Shown here: one piece after another, positions 55,726 to 64,000 of the stretch
How the letters are laid out: every line of letters starts with the position of its first letter
How positions within the stretch are numbered: the stretch's first letter is position 1
Origin: Agathobacter sp.
GTDB lineage: Bacteria; Bacillota; Clostridia; Lachnospirales; Lachnospiraceae
Direction of reading: 5' to 3'
DNA: 64,000 nt
NCBI GenBank assembly: GCA_017409825.1
Contig: JAFQRZ010000013.1
Span: forward strand, 1,503 to 65,502
Notes under the pieces: generated by a model
The model's database searches: none
What the model was told of the DNA's origin: nothing
Seen by the model: only the letters and a program-made list of their open reading frames with translations
Program-made: the position numbers and the translations under genes

Positions 55726-56601
55726 ATGGATAACTCAACAACAACTCAAATACCACATCAAGCAGAGGATGCCGCGCTCAAAGTCATGCATGATTATTTT
55801 GCTGAGGTCTTACTTCCCTATTGGAATATCCCTGGGATAGTTGACCACGTCGCACCGACGGAAAGCATATATTTGGAACTCCGCAAGCAATACCAAGACA
55901 TCAATATTCACATGAAAGATGGCACCTTGATTCACTTCGAATTTCAAAGTTCTGACAATAGAGCTTTGGACGATCTAAGACGATTTCGCACGTATGAAGC
56001 ATTTCTCTGTATGAAGCACAAAACTGATGTGCACACTTATGTTCTTTTTTCTGGCGGAATTGAACATCCCATGACAGAATTCACCAGTGGTATTAATACC
56101 TATCGTATACATCCCATCATTATGAAAGGACAACTCGCTGAAGATATCTTTGAAAACATCAATAGCAAACTAGAACAAAACATTCCATTAACAGAACAGG
56201 ATTTGGTTCCTCTAACCATTTGTCCGCTTATGGGCGGCGACATCCCTCAAAAAGAACGTTTTCAAAAAGCCTTTAAAATTGTCCGTATGGCTGGTGAATC
56301 AATCCAAAGTCTCAGTGTTATCGAAGCAGTACTCTATACTATGGCAACCAAGTTTTTAAGTCAAGAAGAATTAAATAGTCTAAAGGAGGAAATCAAAATG
56401 ACAGAACTCGGAGCAATCATTTACAACGATGGCATCTCTGAAGGCATTTCACAAGGCATTTCACAAAATGCCATCGAAAATGCACGTAACTTATTTATAA
56501 ATGGAGTATCTTTTGAAATAGTCTGCAATTCCATCACCGGCATCTCAAAACAAGATTTGAAAGAAATCTATGAAGAAATAACAGCAAAGAAAATAGTCTA
56601 A
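55726..56601 (+). CDS. Rpn-family (YhgA-like) recombination-promoting nuclease / putative transposase
   Basis: QDINIHMKDGTLIHFEFQS core. ATG 55726 with an AAAGGA RBS is preferred over the track TTG 55705. Confidence 0.7.
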   Translation: MDNSTTTQIPHQAEDAALKVMHDYFAEVLLPYWNIPGIVDHVAPTESIYLELRKQYQDINIHMKDGTLIHFEFQSSDNRALDDLRRFRTYEAFLCMKHKTDVHTYVLFSGGIEHPMTEFTSGINTYRIHPIIMKGQLAEDIFENINSKLEQNIPLTEQDLVPLTICPLMGGDIPQKERFQKAFKIVRMAGESIQSLSVIEAVLYTMATKFLSQEELNSLKEEIKMTELGAIIYNDGISEGISQGISQNAIENARNLFINGVSFEIVCNSITGISKQDLKEIYEEITAKKIV

Positions 56602-56603
56602 AA

Positions 56604-56639
56604 AAATCCCCTACCCAACTTTAGTTGGATAGGGGATTT
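56604..56639. terminator. bidirectional terminator between convergent genes
   Basis: Stem aaatcccctacccaact / agttggataggggattt (one mismatch). A-run upstream, T/A-rich downstream. Confidence 0.75.
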
Positions 56640-56657
56640 AACATCAAACTTTTCTAT

Positions 56658-57710
56658 TTACTTATACACACTTTCCCAAGTGATATCCGTTGCTGGATAT
56701 TTTCCGCGTCGGTTTGGAATTGCAGAAACATGAATCATAATACTATCACCTTGTGACACTTCCAACTCAATGTACTGCCTTCCTTGCTCATCGGTCAGTC
56801 CGTCTGCTTCAAATGTTCTGGTCGCAGAATTACGATTGTTTGTTACAGTCATCTCAGAATCAACTGTTGCACTAAGATAAAAACGAAGCTTTCCTGTTTT
56901 CTCTGCAGTATATTTATAATAATATCCCGTTTCTTTTCCCTCTGCCAAACTCTTCTTATACTGTCCAATTTTGGCTATTACTTCAGGATTCTGGCGACTT
57001 CCATACGCATTGCTGAATTTCAAAGTAAATGCTTTTGCAGAACCACCTTTGTTTCCTATCTGCAGGGTCACATAATCGCTTGCCAATGCATTCTCCACTG
57101 TAATGGATACTTTTCCATTTTTGGCATCGTATCTCGTTCCATTAGAAGTAATAATATATGCATCTGCATCTTCGATTGTAAGAATCAACCCACCAATTCT
57201 CTGAATACTATAGTATAATGCTTTTCCAGATGGAATGCTTACTGTCTGTACTTTCATGTTGTTATCTGGAATTTCAACATAAGGCTGTTTCTTACTACCT
57301 TCACCGAGAATTTCTTCTTCGTTTTTGTTTCCGTCATTCCCGTTGCTATTGTTATTATCGTTGTTATTCGTTGAACCACCAGACACCTCTGTATCTTCTT
57401 CCGTCTCGGTTTCCACCTCAACTTCCGTTCCCATTTCGGTTTCTATCTCTGTTTCAAGCTCTGTACCGATTTCGGTTTCTATCTCAGAGTCTTCTTCTGT
57501 TCCTGGAACAAGTGATTCACTCTGTTCTACTGTGTCAGACTGGGAATCCATCTCTGTTCTCCCTTGCGAAGATCCCTCATCTTCTTTCTTATCACTGCTA
57601 CCACCAACGATTAATGCGATAACTAAGATAAGTACTACCGCACATACGATACCACCACCGATAAGAATCTTCTTATCAAGGTTTTTGATTTTCTCTAACA
57701 ATTCTTTCAT
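56658..57710 (-). CDS. membrane-anchored exported protein: acidic low-complexity linker plus double beta-sandwich (PPC-like) domain
   Basis: 350 aa. N-terminal TM ILIGGGIVCAVVLILVIALIVGG. ETEIGTELETEIETEMGTEVEVETETEE linker. The C-terminal 219 aa are paralogous to the next gene. Confidence 0.7.
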   Translation of the reverse strand: MKELLEKIKNLDKKILIGGGIVCAVVLILVIALIVGGSSDKKEDEGSSQGRTEMDSQSDTVEQSESLVPGTEEDSEIETEIGTELETEIETEMGTEVEVETETEEDTEVSGGSTNNNDNNNSNGNDGNKNEEEILGEGSKKQPYVEIPDNNMKVQTVSIPSGKALYYSIQRIGGLILTIEDADAYIITSNGTRYDAKNGKVSITVENALASDYVTLQIGNKGGSAKAFTLKFSNAYGSRQNPEVIAKIGQYKKSLAEGKETGYYYKYTAEKTGKLRFYLSATVDSEMTVTNNRNSATRTFEADGLTDEQGRQYIELEVSQGDSIMIHVSAIPNRRGKYPATDITWESVYK

Positions 57711-57721
57711 CCTATCTCACC

Positions 57722-58807
57722 TTAAAATTTCATTTCCCATGTAACATCTGTAGCAGGATATTTGAATCTCTTGGTTGGCATTGCATGTACCTGGATGATA
57801 ATTTCATCACCAGAGTTTACCTCCAACTCGATATAGCTCTTTCCTGCTCCATCTGTTTTTACATCTCCATCAAAATTTCTCTGAGCTGAATTTCTATTAT
57901 TCGTTACTGTAATTCCACTATCCACTGATGCAGAATTGATGTAGAAACGAAGTGTTCCTGTCTGCTGAGCATAGTATTTATAATAATGTCCTGCTGCGTT
58001 TCCTTCTTCTACATGCACACTGTATGAACCTGTAGCATTAAGTTTCGTTGGATTCATTTGAGAACCTTCTGCATTGGTAAATTTAAGTGTAAATGCCTTC
58101 GCACTCGAACCACTATTTCCAATCTGAATTACGATATCCTCACTTGCCATCGCAGCCTCTAACTGGAAGTACACCTTTCCACCACTCGCATTATGTCTAG
58201 TACCATCTGATTCAATAATATAAGCGTTTGCATCGTTAATTGTCACATACATACCACCAACACGCTGAATGGAATAATATAATGTTTTGCCTGCTGGAAC
58301 ACTTTCTGTAGTAAGTGTCATCGTATCAAGGTTTGGAATCTCTTTATATGGATCATTCTCGCTTCCTTTTCCAAGAATTTCCTGCTCTTCTGATTCTACT
58401 TCAGATGAACCTGGTGTTTCTGAAGAGCCTGGTTTCTGTGAAGAACTTGGCTGCTGTGAAGAGCTTGGCTGTTGTGAGGAACTTGGCTGCTGTGAAGAGC
58501 TTGGTTTCTGGCTTTCACTTTCTTTCTCAGATTCCTTTTCGCTTTCTTTTTCAGACTCCTTCTGGCTCTCAGACTCTGATTCTGTCACTTCTGTTTCTGT
58601 ATTTTTCTCTGTTTCAATCTCTGTATTAAACACTTCTGACGAACCTGCTTCGGTTCCAGACTGTGTATCATTCTGATTTTCAGACTGATTTTCGCTCTGT
58701 GAATTGTTTGTATTGCCACCAGATGGCTTATCGCCATTCTTGCCACATGCGCAAAGGCAAACTGCCAAACAAAGCACAAAAGCTGCTACTAAAAATTTCT
58801 TTTTCAT
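57722..58807 (-). CDS. lipoprotein paralogue of the previous gene with SSSQQP / KESE repeat linker
   Basis: 361 aa. Lipobox VCLCACG. C-terminal domain shares LYYSIQR(I/V)GG, SAKAFTLKF, TVTNNRNSA and KYPATD(I/V)TW with the 350-aa protein. Confidence 0.75.
   Translation of the reverse strand: MKKKFLVAAFVLCLAVCLCACGKNGDKPSGGNTNNSQSENQSENQNDTQSGTEAGSSEVFNTEIETEKNTETEVTESESESQKESEKESEKESEKESESQKPSSSQQPSSSQQPSSSQQPSSSQKPGSSETPGSSEVESEEQEILGKGSENDPYKEIPNLDTMTLTTESVPAGKTLYYSIQRVGGMYVTINDANAYIIESDGTRHNASGGKVYFQLEAAMASEDIVIQIGNSGSSAKAFTLKFTNAEGSQMNPTKLNATGSYSVHVEEGNAAGHYYKYYAQQTGTLRFYINSASVDSGITVTNNRNSAQRNFDGDVKTDGAGKSYIELEVNSGDEIIIQVHAMPTKRFKYPATDVTWEMKF
58397..58570. repeat. in-frame 18-bp (PSSSQQ-type, x6) and 12-bp (KESE) tandem repeats
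   Basis: 18-bp units from 58397 to 58504 (ctgctgtgaagagcttgg and variants), then KESE-coding 12-bp units to about 58570. Confidence 0.85.
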
Positions 58808-58839
58808 TTATAACACTTCCTTACTAAAAAACTACTTTC

Positions 58840-59253
58840 CTACTCTGCCATTGTAAGAGTAAGTTCTGTTGCACCTGCTTCGAAATATACGTATGCATCT
58901 TCACCTGCAGTTAATAATTTTGCTTTGTATTCATTAGATTCTTCCAAACGGAAGGTAGCTACACCATTCGCATCTGTTGCTACTGGAGCAAAACAGTTTT
59001 CTGCATTACAAACCTGAATCATCTGGCCTGCTACTGGGTTGCCATTTGCATCTAATAATGTTACTTTGTATTCGATTTTGCCATCGTCTACGTTTTCAGA
59101 TTCACTTTCTTTTTCTGTATCTTTGTTTGCTTCGCTGTTAGCTTCTGTGTTCTGCTTACCAGTATCTTCTGTGTTACCAGCATTTCCGCCACATGCACAA
59201 AGGCTAAGTGCCACGCAAAGCATAAGTACTACTGTTACGATTTTCTTTTTCAT
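58840..59253 (-). CDS. small lipoprotein with single Ig/prealbumin-like domain
   Basis: 137 aa. Lipobox LSLCACGG. YKVTLLDANGNPVAGQMIQVCNAENCFAPVATDANGVATF. Confidence 0.65.
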   Translation of the reverse strand: MKKKIVTVVLMLCVALSLCACGGNAGNTEDTGKQNTEANSEANKDTEKESESENVDDGKIEYKVTLLDANGNPVAGQMIQVCNAENCFAPVATDANGVATFRLEESNEYKAKLLTAGEDAYVYFEAGATELTLTMAE

Positions 59254-59283
59254 GAGTAATCTCCTTTCATTTCCTACTTTGTT

Positions 59284-59910
59284 TTATTCGATATCGCTAA
59301 TATTGCGGATTACCGTCTGTTCATAGTCCTCAGCAGTGAAGAAATGGAACAATTTATTAAACTCTTTTACATCCGTAATCATTCCAGTATGTTTAAAACT
59401 TACAATTCCGTAACGGTCGATCACGATTGTCGTTGGATATGCCTGAAGTTCCATGCGCTGTGCCCATTCTTCATCACATACTGCCATTGGGAAGGTCAGC
59501 TCGAACTTCTTCTGGAATTCTGCTACGGTTTCATCTGTACCATCATAAGGATTCACCGCGATAATTTCAATTGCATCTTTGTAATTCTCATACGCGTCCT
59601 GCATATATGGGAACTCCATCTGACATGGGCCGCAATTTATATACCAGAAATTAAGAACAACCGCCTTCTTTTCTTTCAAAATCTCAGAAATCTTGTAGGT
59701 CTTACCTTCTGGTGTAGTCACAGACATATCTGCAAATACATCTCCTCGTTTGAATGTCACACCTTCTAATTCATTTTCCGAAAGAAGCTGCAGTTCGGAT
59801 TCCTGTTCGGTATCATTTCCTGCATGATTTCCACACGCAACGAAGGTTCCCATTACGAGAACCATCGTTGCGAAACATATTATTAATTTTTTAACTGTTA
59901 ACTGTTTCAT
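59284..59910 (-). CDS. TlpA-family thiol-disulfide oxidoreductase lipoprotein
   Basis: 208 aa. Lipobox TFVACG. VVLNFWYINCGPCQMEFP thioredoxin active site (CGPC). Confidence 0.85.
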   Translation of the reverse strand: MKQLTVKKLIICFATMVLVMGTFVACGNHAGNDTEQESELQLLSENELEGVTFKRGDVFADMSVTTPEGKTYKISEILKEKKAVVLNFWYINCGPCQMEFPYMQDAYENYKDAIEIIAVNPYDGTDETVAEFQKKFELTFPMAVCDEEWAQRMELQAYPTTIVIDRYGIVSFKHTGMITDVKEFNKLFHFFTAEDYEQTVIRNISDIE

Positions 59911-59927
59911 AGAAATACCTTTCTATC

Positions 59928-61154
59928 TTACTGTACGTAAGCACACATAAATAACCAAGCGTTTTCTACATTAAGTCCCGGAATTGGATTGCCAGCTGTA
60001 TCTTTGAAGATAAAGCCTGGATTTGAGCTATCCCACCAGCCTACATATTCGCCTCTTTCCTGGATGATTGTTTTCAAATCTTCGGTAAGAGGATATACAC
60101 CTGTATTGTCATCTACGTATTCAATGTATTCTAAGAGACATTCGCTGTAGCTTACTTTTTCTACAAAGTTGCCATCTTCGTCAAATTCATATTTTGAAAT
60201 ACCAGAACGTTCCAAAATCGTTGCGAAACATGGTAAGTATGGCTCTGTTGGATCTTCTGCCAAGTAAACAACTACCAATGGACCATTTTCATTGTTTAAG
60301 TGATAGAATCCATCTTCTTTGTTTAATACAAGCTTGTATTCTGTCGTAGAGAAGATGTCGAAATCTACTAAATTCTTACCAGCTGGCATTGTGTATTTGG
60401 AAAGTTCAACTGTTTTTTCGTAGATTGTCCATTCTTCATCCGCCAACGTTTTCTGTGGATCACCAATACGGTTGATGCAAAGAACTGCGTTTGTTTTCTT
60501 ATCAGAATCCACACCAACAACTGCAACCGTTGTACCTGTATTGCCTGTGCCAATCATGCTTTCGCTGATGGACATTGTAAATTTGCCATCTTTAACTTCT
60601 GCTGCACTATTTTCCTGTACGAAATGTGGTGCACCATAGTAGCCGATTTCTGTTTTGCTTTCTGCAACAACAGAAAATTCATACGTACCAGCCTGTGTAG
60701 GAACGAAAAGGAAATAGCTTCTCTTTCCTTCTGCAAGCTCTACGTTTGTACAACCTGCATTTACATAGTAGGCATCTGTTTCTTCACCACTTACAAAAAG
60801 GATTTCTGGTTCTTCCCCTAATTTGTTAGAGACGATTACTTCTGCTGTTGTTTTACTTCCTGTTACCTGTGTTTCTTCGAAATAATAAGAAACCTCTTTG
60901 TCTATAGATGTTACCTTGAGTGTGTATGTGCCTTTTGCTAATTTCTTTGTAGCGACACCGTTTTCATCACAAATCTGTACACCTACTTTTTCGTCACCAT
61001 CGTAGAATTCTACCATAGTGTCTTTACCATACGTGTTGCCGAGTGCATCTTTTACCGTTACCTTATATTCTGCTTCTCCGCCACCACATGCAACGAGTAA
61101 CATTGCGCTGCACATAAGTGCAGCCACAATGATAAGTTTTTTCAAATTCTTCAT
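59928..61154 (-). CDS. lipoprotein: Ig-like N-domain, beta-sandwich, C-terminal DGFYH...AWLFMCAYV module
   Basis: 408 aa. Lipobox LLVACGG. YKVTVKDALGN...DENGVATKKL. The C-terminal 169 aa are shared with the 1383-aa and 921+-aa proteins. Confidence 0.7.
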   Translation of the reverse strand: MKNLKKLIIVAALMCSAMLLVACGGGEAEYKVTVKDALGNTYGKDTMVEFYDGDEKVGVQICDENGVATKKLAKGTYTLKVTSIDKEVSYYFEETQVTGSKTTAEVIVSNKLGEEPEILFVSGEETDAYYVNAGCTNVELAEGKRSYFLFVPTQAGTYEFSVVAESKTEIGYYGAPHFVQENSAAEVKDGKFTMSISESMIGTGNTGTTVAVVGVDSDKKTNAVLCINRIGDPQKTLADEEWTIYEKTVELSKYTMPAGKNLVDFDIFSTTEYKLVLNKEDGFYHLNNENGPLVVVYLAEDPTEPYLPCFATILERSGISKYEFDEDGNFVEKVSYSECLLEYIEYVDDNTGVYPLTEDLKTIIQERGEYVGWWDSSNPGFIFKDTAGNPIPGLNVENAWLFMCAYVQ

Positions 61155-61182
61155 GATATTACTCCTTTTCTAAGCAAACCAA

Positions 61183-64000
61183 TTAGTTCGCTGGTCCAAG
61201 ATAATCATAGTAATAGCAGAGTTTTGTCCATGCATGGTCTACATTTTCAAATGTATACTTATTCATTACTAACTGGAGGATTTCTGCTAATTCTTCTGTT
61301 ACAACTACACAGCCGTTACGTTCTGCACTGCCAGTTTCAACCTTGCTGCAGTAAGCACGAATTGCTTCTGTATAATCTTCTCCGTCACCATGGTATTTGC
61401 CAGCATAAACATCTTTTAACTGATATTCTTCTGCATAACCATCGTAATCTTCACCCCAAAGTTCTTTGAGGTACTTGTCAGCAGCTTCTACACTACCCTG
61501 TGCTTCAATCACAGAAAGCACATACATATCGTTTTCTGACTTACTGAAGTCGAAGCCGCCCATATCAATCATACCTTTCACGCCCTGGTTGGTCATAATC
61601 GGATTACTGAAAATACCTGTGATACCTGTAAAGTCACAGTAGAGCTTGCTGCCCTTCTTGCCATTGCCTAAATCTTCGTAGTAAATTCCGTCATCGCCAA
61701 GAACTACATCAATACCACCAGCGATTACATAGTACATAGCGTCGCCTGTTGCGTTGCTATCGTAAGTGAAGTAACCAGGTGATGCCAATCTAAAGTGGTT
61801 GTAGGTTGGAGCAATGTATTCGATCGTGTAGTTAATTGTACCTTCTTCGTAAACATCCCAGAATGCGATGTCAATGTAGTAAGGTGTACCAGCTTCCATG
61901 TAGAATACCATAGAAACTTCGCCTTCTTCCTGGAACATTCTTTCATCTGGCTCGTATACAAGAAGTTCTTTACGATCAGCACTGAAAATCCAAGCATCTA
62001 CGCCCTGTTCAGAGTCGTTCTGTGAAGTGATACGATATACACCAGACTGACTTGGAATAAATTCTGCCATCATACCTCTTGGAAGGATTGCTCTATTATA
62101 GTAGAAATAGTTCCCACTTCCGAGGTGTGCTTTGTATGCAGAGAATGTCGCAAGACCTTTAATTGGGTCTTCCACATGAACCTCTGAACCATAAGCATCG
62201 TAATATTTACAAATCTTTAACCATTCGTTTTCATCGTCTTCAAAACCATATTTTTCAGCAAATGCCTGTAAAAGCTCTGCTAATTCTTTTGTAACAGTAC
62301 ATACACCGGATATGGATGCATTTGAAGCATAGTTTGCATACTGTTCTAATTCTTCATAGCGATCTACACCATCTACTTCGAATTTACCATCCTCCTGAAT
62401 GAGTCCGTATACATGATTTTCTTCATTGAACTGTGTATAGTTTAATAATTCAGCTAAAAGAAGTGGACCATTTGCAGTGCCTACATGATAGTAGCCATCT
62501 GCTGGATTATATACGACATCTGCATAAGTATAAGAACCATCTTCCTGTTCTACTGCAGGATATCTAGGAATCTGTACCGTTGTATTTTTATCAATCGCAC
62601 TTGCGTCAACTACACGTAAGTTCTTGATAAATGCTGTATCATCACCTTCGTTTGTATCTTCATCCTTTAAGAAGCAAAGTGCAAGTTCATAAGTACCATC
62701 TTCTACAGCTACCCATGGGTAACATGTTGTCCATGAAGGATTTTCGCTTGCCCCTGAAATCTGGTAAATATCCTCATCATTTACGATTACAATAAGTGCA
62801 TCATTTAAATATTCACTAGATACGATGTAATCAAATGCAATTGCCTGACCTGCTTTCAATTCGATGTCTGCATAGATAATTGCATAAGAATCTTCGATTC
62901 CCTTGTTGGAAGCATAGATACATTTATCTCCATTCTTTTCACCAAGAACGAATGGCCATGTAAATTCTGCTGCATCGCCTTCTTCTGGACGGTAGGTGAT
63001 ACCTTCTGTACCATTGATAGCAGCTTCAATATCTTCTGATTTTGGCATTTCTACTGTAGGTTTAATCTGAGCTACCAAATCACCGATACCATTTACACAA
63101 AGCTTCTGTTCATAATCCTTTGCTGTAAAGTGATCAAATGCAGAAATAAATGGTCTAAGGCTGGTAATCGCACCAGATTCCACACAACAAATTACACCAT
63201 ACTGGTCGATGAGTACTGAGGTTGGATAACCCTGAATACTAAATACATTTGACCATGAGGTAGGACATTCAGCCATAATGAATGGTAAATTGTTATTTGT
63301 CTGGAATGCCTTCACTGCGTCAGCACCTTCGTTCATTGGGTCAAGAGCAAGGATTTCGACATCATCCTTATATTTGTTATAAGCTTCTGCCATAACAGGG
63401 AACTCTTTTACACACCATGAACAGTTGGTGTACCAGAAGTTCAACATAACCATTTTCTTTTCTTCTAAAAGCTTAGAAAGCTGAACCTTTTCACCGTCTG
63501 GAGTTGTGATTGTAAAGTCATACATTACATCACCTAAACCAAGCTGTGCTGTAGAGATGTCATCACCTGTAATAAGAGAAGATGTAAGTACGATTTTGGC
63601 TTTTTTGCCATCGAACTCATAGTAATCTTCTACTTCATATCCCTTTGGTGCACCATCGATTTCGATGTAGTAATTGTCACTTTCAGGAAGCTCGAGCTCT
63701 ACTGTACCATCTTCTTCTAATTCAGCAGCATCTGCCAAATCTGTTAATTTCTTGTCATTATATACACGAACGTCGATATCAGAGAGAATCATACCTCCCT
63801 TTGTCTTAACGCTTACGGTGTATGTAGTTTTCTTGCCGGAACCTGTACCTGTGTTTCCGCCACCACCTTGTGAACCACTACCGCTAAGTCCTACAACCAA
63901 TGCAACGATTAACGCTACAACAGCTACAGCACCAACGATAAGAGCCACGAGGAATTTTTTGTCTGTCTTAGCACGTTCTACAATTACATTAAATTTTTCT
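61183..64000 (-). CDS. large anchored exported protein: TM, Ig-like unit, TlpA-type thioredoxin (CSWC), beta-sandwiches, two DGxYx...AWxKxCYYYD modules (5' end outside window)
   Basis: The track starts at GTG 63948, but the frame stays open to 64000 (...EKFNVIVERAKTDKKFLVALIVGAV), so the N-terminus is off-window. FWYTNCSWCVKEFP at 63412-63423. Confidence 0.8.
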   Translation of the reverse strand, partial: EKFNVIVERAKTDKKFLVALIVGAVAVVALIVALVVGLSGSGSQGGGGNTGTGSGKKTTYTVSVKTKGGMILSDIDVRVYNDKKLTDLADAAELEEDGTVELELPESDNYYIEIDGAPKGYEVEDYYEFDGKKAKIVLTSSLITGDDISTAQLGLGDVMYDFTITTPDGEKVQLSKLLEEKKMVMLNFWYTNCSWCVKEFPVMAEAYNKYKDDVEILALDPMNEGADAVKAFQTNNNLPFIMAECPTSWSNVFSIQGYPTSVLIDQYGVICCVESGAITSLRPFISAFDHFTAKDYEQKLCVNGIGDLVAQIKPTVEMPKSEDIEAAINGTEGITYRPEEGDAAEFTWPFVLGEKNGDKCIYASNKGIEDSYAIIYADIELKAGQAIAFDYIVSSEYLNDALIVIVNDEDIYQISGASENPSWTTCYPWVAVEDGTYELALCFLKDEDTNEGDDTAFIKNLRVVDASAIDKNTTVQIPRYPAVEQEDGSYTYADVVYNPADGYYHVGTANGPLLLAELLNYTQFNEENHVYGLIQEDGKFEVDGVDRYEELEQYANYASNASISGVCTVTKELAELLQAFAEKYGFEDDENEWLKICKYYDAYGSEVHVEDPIKGLATFSAYKAHLGSGNYFYYNRAILPRGMMAEFIPSQSGVYRITSQNDSEQGVDAWIFSADRKELLVYEPDERMFQEEGEVSMVFYMEAGTPYYIDIAFWDVYEEGTINYTIEYIAPTYNHFRLASPGYFTYDSNATGDAMYYVIAGGIDVVLGDDGIYYEDLGNGKKGSKLYCDFTGITGIFSNPIMTNQGVKGMIDMGGFDFSKSENDMYVLSVIEAQGSVEAADKYLKELWGEDYDGYAEEYQLKDVYAGKYHGDGEDYTEAIRAYCSKVETGSAERNGCVVVTEELAEILQLVMNKYTFENVDHAWTKLCYYYDYLGPAN

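Noticed and set aside
54716-56639. Resemblance between the terminator hairpins at 54716-54743 and 56604-56639 (both C-rich stems with a ccaacttt apex)
   Set aside because: Only about 8 nt are shared and the stems differ. The match may be coincidental, so it is not called a repeat family without a genome-wide search.

Overview
This looks like a chromosomal segment from a Gram-positive anaerobe. I infer Clostridia, probably a Lachnospiraceae-like gut organism, from gene content only. It is densely coding with no rRNA, tRNA or CRISPR.

Left to right:
- **1-8.7 kb, minus strand:** housekeeping genes: a proC fragment, argJ, an MCP, citrate synthase, a 786-aa protein with a cNMP-binding-like domain, and a Csp-like S8 peptidase.
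- **9.3-24.9 kb:** a complete Gram-positive type IV pilus operon. Order: giant 2037-aa GLUG-repeat prepilin, PilX-like protein, two minor pilins, pilB, pilT, pilC, pilA, pilD, pilM, pilN, pilO.
- **24.9-30.5 kb:** a YhaO/YhaN-type SbcD/SbcC-like pair, a divergent ClpX paralogue, and a small membrane protein.
- **30.6-46.1 kb:** one long operon. It encodes a 2433-aa membrane-anchored S8 (PrtP/C5a-peptidase-like) protease with a BspA-type LRR array, a lipoprotein, an 858-aa OppA-like binding protein, and OppBCDF.
- **46.3-64 kb:** this part looks accessory and is the most interesting.
  - A C-terminal-CXXC membrane protein sits next to a NapH-like polyferredoxin fused to an external TlpA-type thioredoxin.
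  - An XRE regulator follows.
  - Three Rpn/PD-(D/E)XK nuclease genes (one decayed) bracket a 1383-aa VPQTG-anchored wall protein.
  - Six co-oriented lipoproteins or anchored proteins are built from shuffled modules: an Ig-like unit, a TlpA thioredoxin, a PPC-like beta-sandwich, and an unrecognised DGFYH...AWxFxCYY module.

All functional calls rest on motif recognition in the supplied translations and on hand inspection of intergenic DNA. No database search was run.
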